DNA of 32,000 bases. Origin: Coprobacillaceae bacterium (GTDB taxonomy: Bacteria; Bacillota_I; Bacilli_A; Erysipelotrichales; Coprobacillaceae). Below are positions 26,748-32,000 of the stretch, piece after piece; position 1 is the stretch's first letter, and each line of letters opens with the position of its first letter. The DNA is taken from assembly GCA_963675515.1 (NCBI GenBank), contig OY776328.1:1860001-1892000 (forward strand), written 5' to 3'. Below the pieces are notes generated by a model. It searched no databases and was not told the DNA's origin. It saw only the letters and a program-made list of their open reading frames with translations. The translations under genes were made by a program, and so were the position numbers.

Positions 26748-27374
26748 TCAGCGCTTGCTGTGAATTTTGAGTGCCAACTCCTGAATTGCGGCAACCACAT
26801 CAACCGGTTTTACCTCAATTCCTTCGCGGACCGTGAAGTGGCTGTGGGTGAAGTCGACAATTCCCTTGACTCCCAAATCCATCAGCCGGTCGACTGTCTC
26901 CTGGATATTCTGGGAAATCGCAAGAATCGCAATTTCACAATCTTCAGGAAAAGTCTTCTCCAAATCATCGATGTGATGAACTTTCACTCCGAACAATTCA
27001 CCCTCTTTATTGCGGTCCATATCGTAGCAGCCGACAATTTTTCCTACCGTATACTGCCACCTGTTGTATTTTAAAATCGCCGAACCAAGATTTCCGACCC
27101 CGATCAAAATGATCGGAGACTCCAAACCGACTCCCAAAACCTCGGAAAGGCCATCAATCAGGTGTTTGACACTGTAGCCCTTGCCAGGCTTGCCAAAATT
27201 CTCATCCTTTGAAAGATAAGTCAAATCGCGACGGATTGTTGTGTCCTGGATTCCAGTCACCTCATAAAGCTCACTGGAAAGGACATTCTGTTTCCCTTCC
27301 AAGGCCATCTGGCGTAATGCTTTAAGGTATGTGGGAAACCGCGACATTGTCGCTTTTGAAATTACTTTTTCCAT
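26748..27374 (-). CDS. rex: Redox-sensing transcriptional repressor Rex
   Basis: 208 aa. The N-terminal winged-helix region (SRFPTYLKALRQM...VLSSELYEVTGIQDTTIRRDL) and the Rossmann NADH-binding loop LIGVGNLGSAI are present. The ATG overlaps the tsaD stop (TAATG). Confidence 0.92.
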   Translation of the reverse strand: MEKVISKATMSRFPTYLKALRQMALEGKQNVLSSELYEVTGIQDTTIRRDLTYLSKDENFGKPGKGYSVKHLIDGLSEVLGVGLESPIILIGVGNLGSAILKYNRWQYTVGKIVGCYDMDRNKEGELFGVKVHHIDDLEKTFPEDCEIAILAISQNIQETVDRLMDLGVKGIVDFTHSHFTVREGIEVKPVDVVAAIQELALKIHSKR

Positions 27375-28390
27375 TATATGCTCCTTGATTCGTTTTCTAT
27401 ATCGATATTTGGGCTGATTCCTAAATTAAAATCACTGAATTCATTATAATCATACATTAACTTTGCCGCTAGCGCAATCATCATCGCATTGTCACCGGTA
27501 AGTGAAAGGGGTGGCAGCCGCAAATCGATTTCCTTCTCTTTGCAAGCCGATTTCATCGCATCCCTCAGTCCGCTATTTGCGCTTACTCCTCCAGCCAACA
27601 TCAGGTGTGTGACGCCGTATTTTTCCAGCGCCGCCATCGTTTTGGAAACAAGAGAATTCACAACGACCCCCTGGAATGAAGCCGCCAGATCATCCTTGTT
27701 GATCGGTATGTTTTTTTGAACATGTTTGTGGTTCAAGTTGATCACTGCCGATTTGAGCCCGGAGAAGCTGAAATTCAGGCTTCCATCATCAAGTGGCTTG
27801 GGCAGATCATATGATGCTTTTCCGATTGCCGCCATCCTGTCGATGACCGGACCTCCAGGATAGGGCAGCTCGAGAACCCGGCCGACCTTGTCATAAGCCT
27901 CCCCTACCGCATCATCCAAGGTAGTTCCGATGATTTTGAAATTGAACTCCGACTCCATCAAAACCAATTCAGTGTGGCCCCCGGAAACTACCAGACAGAT
28001 GCAGGGATATATTATATCTTCAAAGATGTTGTTGGAAAAAATATGTCCGACGATATGATGGACCCCGATCAAAGGCAAACCGAAAGTAAGGGCCAGGGTT
28101 TTAGCCGCCTGAAGCCCGACATGAAGACTGCCGACCAGTCCGGGACCTTTAGTTACCGCAATCGCATCGATATCGTTCATCGTCACTCCGGCCTTGTCGA
28201 GAGTTTCTTTTAAGACAACAGTTACGGATTCGACATGTTTTCTTGAAGCAATTTCGGGAACAACCCCACCGTATTTTGCATGAATATCAATCTGCGAAGC
28301 GACAACACTGCTTAAAAAATCGCGTTTGTCTTTTAAAACGGCCATCGCCATCTCATCGCAACTAGACTCGATCGCCAAAATCAAGCTCAT
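27374..28390 (-). CDS. tsaD: tRNA N6-adenosine threonylcarbamoyltransferase
   Basis: The protein starts MSLILAIESSCDE, has the metal-binding GVHHIVGH motif, and is Kae1/TsaD-like over its whole length. The start is set at ATG 28390; the track start at 28399 is a TTG inside rimI. Confidence 0.95.
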   Translation of the reverse strand: MSLILAIESSCDEMAMAVLKDKRDFLSSVVASQIDIHAKYGGVVPEIASRKHVESVTVVLKETLDKAGVTMNDIDAIAVTKGPGLVGSLHVGLQAAKTLALTFGLPLIGVHHIVGHIFSNNIFEDIIYPCICLVVSGGHTELVLMESEFNFKIIGTTLDDAVGEAYDKVGRVLELPYPGGPVIDRMAAIGKASYDLPKPLDDGSLNFSFSGLKSAVINLNHKHVQKNIPINKDDLAASFQGVVVNSLVSKTMAALEKYGVTHLMLAGGVSANSGLRDAMKSACKEKEIDLRLPPLSLTGDNAMMIALAAKLMYDYNEFSDFNLGISPNIDIENESRSI

Positions 28391-28391
28391 A

Positions 28392-28826
28392 TTATTCAAA
28401 TCCTTTCATCATCAAATAGGCGTCATCACCATTGGCATAATAGTTCTTTCTTGTAGTCGCTATCTTAAAACCAAATTTCCGATACAGCTTGATGGCATCT
28501 TGGTTTTTTGTTCTAACTTCAAGATTTATATTGTCAAGATCATTATCTTTTGCCTGCTCGACCAGAAAAGATAACAACTTAGAGGCATTTTTCTGCCTCT
28601 GGTATTTCTTAAGTATTCCAATGTATGCGATCTCATAATTGTCATCCTGGTCATAATACTGGACAAAGCCGACAATATTCTCATTTTTCCCGATCAGATA
28701 GAGTTCACTGAAAGGATTCTTGTTGATCTCAAAATCGAGCTGTTCATCGCTCAATTTTGGGAAAAGCTGGTTGTAAATCGCTAAAACATCATCAAAATAT
28801 TTGTTTTTGTATTTCAAAATCTTCAT
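28392..28826 (-). CDS. rimI: GNAT acetyltransferase, ribosomal-protein-alanine N-acetyltransferase-like
   Basis: 144 aa with a GNAT core (IAYIGILKKYQRQKNASKLL). It occupies the conserved position between tsaB and tsaD. Confidence 0.8.
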   Translation of the reverse strand: MKILKYKNKYFDDVLAIYNQLFPKLSDEQLDFEINKNPFSELYLIGKNENIVGFVQYYDQDDNYEIAYIGILKKYQRQKNASKLLSFLVEQAKDNDLDNINLEVRTKNQDAIKLYRKFGFKIATTRKNYYANGDDAYLMMKGFE

Positions 28827-29416
28827 TAATTAAAAACTTCCTTTATATAATACGGCACGAGATTATCAGTATTTTCGACGTATTTTTCTCCTTTAGAACA
28901 TTCATATATATTCTTTACTAAATCAACAGGTTTGTCGCTTTGACCGATCAACTCCAGATCTCCAAATATATCCAGATCAGGATATCGGTCCTTATACTCA
29001 CCTATTTCACTTACGTTTACCAAACAGTCCCTTACTATGGGCTTGCCGGATTTGTATATTCCCAGATACGCCTTTTTCGAACGGGCATCGATTAAACCAA
29101 TACCGCTTCCATTTTCAACTATGGCCTTGAGTGAAGAGACTGCCTTGATTTTTATATTGGTAGTGGCAGCTATAGTTTTGGCAATCGTCAGGGCAACCCG
29201 GACACCTGTATATGAACCTGGTCCGATGGTGATGACAATCTCATCAAAATCCAAAACCGAAAGTTTATTGGCAGCCAACAATTCGTGCAATTTTTCCAAC
29301 GCCTGCTCAGACTGGCGCCGATTGCCATAATCCTGAAACTTGCCAAGACATTTGCCGTTTTCAAAAAGGCCCACTGCCAGATATTTATTTGCGGTATCCA
29401 AGACAATTGTTTTCAT
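28826..29416 (-). CDS. tsaB: tRNA threonylcarbamoyladenosine biosynthesis protein TsaB
   Basis: 196 aa. The protein starts MKTIVLDTANKYLAVGL and contains ITIGPGSYTGVRVALTIAKT. The stop and the rimI start overlap (TAATG). Confidence 0.9.
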   Translation of the reverse strand: MKTIVLDTANKYLAVGLFENGKCLGKFQDYGNRRQSEQALEKLHELLAANKLSVLDFDEIVITIGPGSYTGVRVALTIAKTIAATTNIKIKAVSSLKAIVENGSGIGLIDARSKKAYLGIYKSGKPIVRDCLVNVSEIGEYKDRYPDLDIFGDLELIGQSDKPVDLVKNIYECSKGEKYVENTDNLVPYYIKEVFN

Positions 29417-29856
29417 GGCAATACCTCCACGAGTTCCAGATATTTTTGTCCTGACGGCTTGAAGACGACCTTGCGGCTGACTTCATCCAAGTATTCGATC
29501 ACTATATCAAGCCTTTGTTCAGGTAGTATTTCCTCGATAAAGTCCGCCCATTCGATTATCGAGACATCATCGCTGTAAATCAGATCCTCGAATCCCAGGT
29601 CTATGTCCTGCCCCTCGAGGCGGTAGGCGTCAAAATGATTGAGATTGAGCCTGCCTTGATATTGCTTCAAAATGGTGAATGTCGGTGATGATACGACTTT
29701 ATCGATACCCATTCCTTTGGCTATGCCTTTGGTGAAGGTGGTCTTTCCTGCGCCAAGATCGCCACTCAAGGTCAGCACCATGCCCCGGCTCAGGTTTTCA
29801 CCAAGCTTTTTGCCTAGTGCCAAGGTCTCTTCTACTGAGTTGCAAATTATTTCCAT
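29413..29856 (-). CDS. tsaE: tRNA threonylcarbamoyladenosine biosynthesis ATPase TsaE
   Basis: 147 aa. It has the Walker A motif GDLGAGKTTFTKG and SPTFTI. It overlaps tsaB by 4 nt (ATGA). Confidence 0.92.
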   Translation of the reverse strand: MEIICNSVEETLALGKKLGENLSRGMVLTLSGDLGAGKTTFTKGIAKGMGIDKVVSSPTFTILKQYQGRLNLNHFDAYRLEGQDIDLGFEDLIYSDDVSIIEWADFIEEILPEQRLDIVIEYLDEVSRKVVFKPSGQKYLELVEVLP

Positions 29857-30392
29857 ACATAGTCCTCCCTTAAATCCTGGTACACATGATACCAGTGCTT
29901 GGTAAACTCAGGATTGAAAGGTCCTTTTTGGTTCACTGCCATTTCAATAAGCAACTCCAGCTGACGATTGAGAATCGAATCGAGTTTGTCGCTGTAATTC
30001 ATAAGTTGCTTGTGACGCTTGTACTCTTCCTCGTCAAGGACCCGATACCGGCCATCGGGAAAGAGTTTGAGATCAAGGTCGTAGTCGATATATTTTAGAG
30101 CTTCACCATCATAGATTGTAGGCGACGCAATATTGCAGTAGTAATGGACTCCGTTCTTTCGGATCATACATATTACATTGAACCATTTATCTTTAGGGAA
30201 ATAACAAATCGCAGGTTCGCGGGTGTGCCACATCCGGCCATCCGATTCAGTAACAAGTGTTTTATTATTGATGACGATAAAGTGTTCATCGGTTTCTTCC
30301 AAAACCAGGCCGGTTTGCCAAGAACGATGAATACTGCCATCATGTTTGTAACAATGGATCAAAATATTTTTGCCCGAAAGACTATCTTCCAT
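29847..30392 (-). CDS. ntdp: DUF402 / UPF0374 family nucleoside tri- and diphosphatase (YgaC/Ntdp-like)
   Basis: 181 aa from ATG 30392 (AGAGAGG lies 6 nt upstream; the track start at 30413 is a TTG). The sequence KHDGSIHRSWQ...YFPKDKWFNVICMIR...YYCNIASP...YIDYDLDLKLFPDG is typical of this family. Confidence 0.85.
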   Translation of the reverse strand: MEDSLSGKNILIHCYKHDGSIHRSWQTGLVLEETDEHFIVINNKTLVTESDGRMWHTREPAICYFPKDKWFNVICMIRKNGVHYYCNIASPTIYDGEALKYIDYDLDLKLFPDGRYRVLDEEEYKRHKQLMNYSDKLDSILNRQLELLIEMAVNQKGPFNPEFTKHWYHVYQDLREDYVWK

Positions 30393-30551
30393 AACGTACC
30401 TCTCTTTAAACAAATTATATTATACACAAATTATGCCCGAAATAATAGTAAAAGCTATCATAAATTGCCACGGCTTGCAACAAAAAAATTGCAAAGTGAA
30501 AAATAAATTTCATTTTGTGATTTAATTAACTTGGTTTTTTAGTCAATTCCC

Positions 30552-30580
30552 ATAGATTTTATCGGTAATAGTGTTATAAT
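30552..30580 (+). promoter_or_regulatory. Candidate ackA promoter (extended -10)
   Basis: TGTTATAAT at 30572-30580 is an extended -10. The -35 (ATAGAT, 30552-30557) is weak, with 17-nt spacing. AGGAGG Shine-Dalgarno is at 30591-30596. Confidence 0.5.
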
Positions 30581-30603
30581 ATCAATGTTTAGGAGGATTT
30601 GTT

Positions 30604-31794
30604 ATGGCAAAAATAATATCAGTAAACGCTGGGAGCTCCTCGTTGAAGTTCCAGTTGTTTGAAATGGACAACGAGGAAGTAATAACCAGTGGAGTAATTG
30701 AAAGAATCGGTTTTGATGACGCAATCTTCACCATCAAGTATCAGGACCTGAAAAATAGAGACGTTCTACCAATCAAAGACCATGAGGCGGCAGTAAACCT
30801 TTTGCTTGACACTTTGATCAAGAAAAACATAGTTTCAAGCCTAGATGAGATCAAGGGTGTAGGACACCGAGTGGTCCAAGGTGGTTCTTATTTCAATAGT
30901 TCCCAAATCATGGATGATTATGTCGTAGAGAAAATTGACGAGTTGAAAGTGCTGGCTCCTTTGCACAATCCGCATCATCTGACTGGATACTTCGCATTCA
31001 AAAAGGCAATACCTGGTGCAGGAGCGGTTGCGGTGTTCGATACAGCATTCCATCAGACATTGGAGAAACGCTGTTACATCTACCCAATTCCTTACAAATA
31101 TTATGAAGAAAACATGGTCCGTAAATATGGAGCGCATGGAACAAGTCATTTTTATGTTTCCCAACGTGCCATTGAAATGATGGGAAAACCGGAACATTCC
31201 AAGATAATCGTTGCCCACCTTGGTGCTGGCGGTAGCTTGAGTGCTGTCAAGGATGGCATTTCGATCAACACTTCAATGGGGTTCACCCCACTGGCGGGAA
31301 TCATGATGGGGACACGTTCAGGTGATGTTGACCCTTCGGTAATCGACTACCTGGTTGAAAACTTGGGATTGACGATGCATGATGTGATTCACATGTTAAA
31401 CAAGGAATCAGGTCTGTTGGGAATTTCCGGCGTATCTTCGGACTTCCGTGATATACAACAGGCGGCAAGTCAAGGAAACGAAAGAGCCAAACTCGCCCTG
31501 GATATTTTCTTTAGAAGGGTTATCGCCTATATCGGCCGTTACTTCATCGCCCTGGGTGGCGTTGATGCTATCTGTTTCACTGCGGGAATCGGTGAAAACT
31601 CATCATTTGCCCGCAAGGAAATCTGCGATTTGTTGTCGGAAGCACTTGGAATCGAACTGGATAAGGAAGCGAACGAACACGGAGTCGGAGACCGCCTGAT
31701 CTCAACTCCAAACTCAAAAGTTAAAGTGTACGCTATTTACACCAATGAAGAACTGGTTATTGCTCGAGATACAAAAAAATTATTGAACTTATAA
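30604..31794 (+). CDS. ackA: Acetate kinase
   Basis: 396 aa. The protein starts MAKIISVNAGSSSLKFQLFEM and contains GHRVVQGG, AVFDTAFHQT, HLGAGGSL and FTAGIGENS. Confidence 0.97.
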   Translation: MAKIISVNAGSSSLKFQLFEMDNEEVITSGVIERIGFDDAIFTIKYQDLKNRDVLPIKDHEAAVNLLLDTLIKKNIVSSLDEIKGVGHRVVQGGSYFNSSQIMDDYVVEKIDELKVLAPLHNPHHLTGYFAFKKAIPGAGAVAVFDTAFHQTLEKRCYIYPIPYKYYEENMVRKYGAHGTSHFYVSQRAIEMMGKPEHSKIIVAHLGAGGSLSAVKDGISINTSMGFTPLAGIMMGTRSGDVDPSVIDYLVENLGLTMHDVIHMLNKESGLLGISGVSSDFRDIQQAASQGNERAKLALDIFFRRVIAYIGRYFIALGGVDAICFTAGIGENSSFARKEICDLLSEALGIELDKEANEHGVGDRLISTPNSKVKVYAIYTNEELVIARDTKKLLNL

Positions 31795-31820
31795 CATGTG
31801 CCAGTCACATGTTATTTTTA
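31793..31820 (+). terminator. Rho-independent terminator after ackA
   Basis: AACATGTG-CCAGT-CACATGTT followed by ATTTTTA. It overlaps the TAA stop. Confidence 0.75.
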
Positions 31821-32000
31821 TGAGCGAAGACTATTTCGATAATTACCTGACCAGCTATCTGTTAGCGACAATCGGCGGATTTTTGGATATCTACACATAC
31901 CTTTTGAAAGGTCATGTATTCGCCAACGCCCAGACAGGCAACATTGTGATGCTGGCTTATAGCCTGGTCGACCTTGATTTTTATGAGACAATAACCTACC
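31820..32000 (+). CDS. YoaK/DUF1275 (UPF0700) family membrane protein, N-terminal fragment (runs off the right edge)
   Basis: Not in the ORF track (open-ended). From ATG 31820: MSEDYFDNYLTSYLLATIGGFLDIYTYLLKGHVFANAQTGNIVMLAYSLVDLDFYETITY. The GGFLD-x-YTY...VFANAQTGN signature fits DUF1275. There is no clear Shine-Dalgarno, so the exact start is uncertain. Confidence 0.6.
   Translation, partial: MSEDYFDNYLTSYLLATIGGFLDIYTYLLKGHVFANAQTGNIVMLAYSLVDLDFYETITY

Noticed and set aside
26739-26755. Hairpin AGCGC-N7-GCGCT across the rex stop codon; considered as a terminator or attenuator between rex and asnS
   Set aside because: On the transcribed (minus) strand it is followed by AAAAAC, not a U-tract, and the asnS SD follows within 20 nt. 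The 30-nt gap is also far too short for a T-box leader.
25140-27074. Two long plus-strand ORFs (25140-26009, 289 aa; 26241-27074, 277 aa) antisense to the MPE gene, asnS and rex
   Set aside because: They are shadow ORFs opposite strongly supported genes, with low-complexity, Phe/Ser/Ile-rich translations, no SD, and no recognisable motif. An antisense frame opposite a class II aaRS is a curiosity, but nothing here supports expression.
30515-30532. TTGTGATTTAATTAACTT upstream of ackA; considered as a Rex operator (clostridial-type TTGTTAA-N4-TTAACAA)
   Set aside because: It matches only about 10 of 14 consensus positions and sits about 40 nt upstream of the -10 rather than over the promoter. 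I cannot score it without a matrix. I found no better Rex-like boxes by eye upstream of the PFOR gene or ppdK.

Overview
Chromosomal window from a low-GC Bacillota-type organism. The 16S looks Erysipelotrichia/Mollicutes-like by eye, and TGA is used as a stop, so this is code 11, not code 4. Almost everything is on the minus strand. From right to left:

(i) A long, tightly packed housekeeping unit, ntdp(DUF402)-tsaE-tsaB-rimI-tsaD-rex-asnS. It ends in two unexpected cistrons: a metallophosphoesterase and a D-2-hydroxyacid dehydrogenase, each carrying an unassignable N-terminal region of 140-200 aa.
(ii) A DEAD-box helicase.
(iii) Pyruvate,phosphate dikinase.
(iv) A small hydrophobic ORF plus a PfkB sugar kinase.
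(v) ansA, a divergent DprA-like gene, a rhomboid protease, galU and a small membrane protein, followed by pyruvate:ferredoxin oxidoreductase.
(vi) A complete 16S-23S-5S rRNA operon with tandem promoters and no spacer tRNA.
(vii) A decayed IS1202-group (ISNCY) insertion sequence with TGT-ended imperfect inverted repeats and a 26/27-bp target duplication.
(viii) A GT4 / flippase-like / GT4 glycolipid-type operon that runs off the left edge.

ackA and a DUF1275 gene fragment are on the plus strand at the right edge.

I see no CRISPR array, tRNA, prophage or recognised defence system. The best candidate for something undescribed is the translationally coupled metallophosphoesterase + extended dehydrogenase pair at 22472-25310. 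All calls rest on reading the sequence and on remembered family motifs; no searches were run. rRNA ends are approximate (about +/-10 nt). Several starts differ from the ORF track because its longest ORFs begin at TTG/GTG codons upstream of an ATG that has a proper Shine-Dalgarno.
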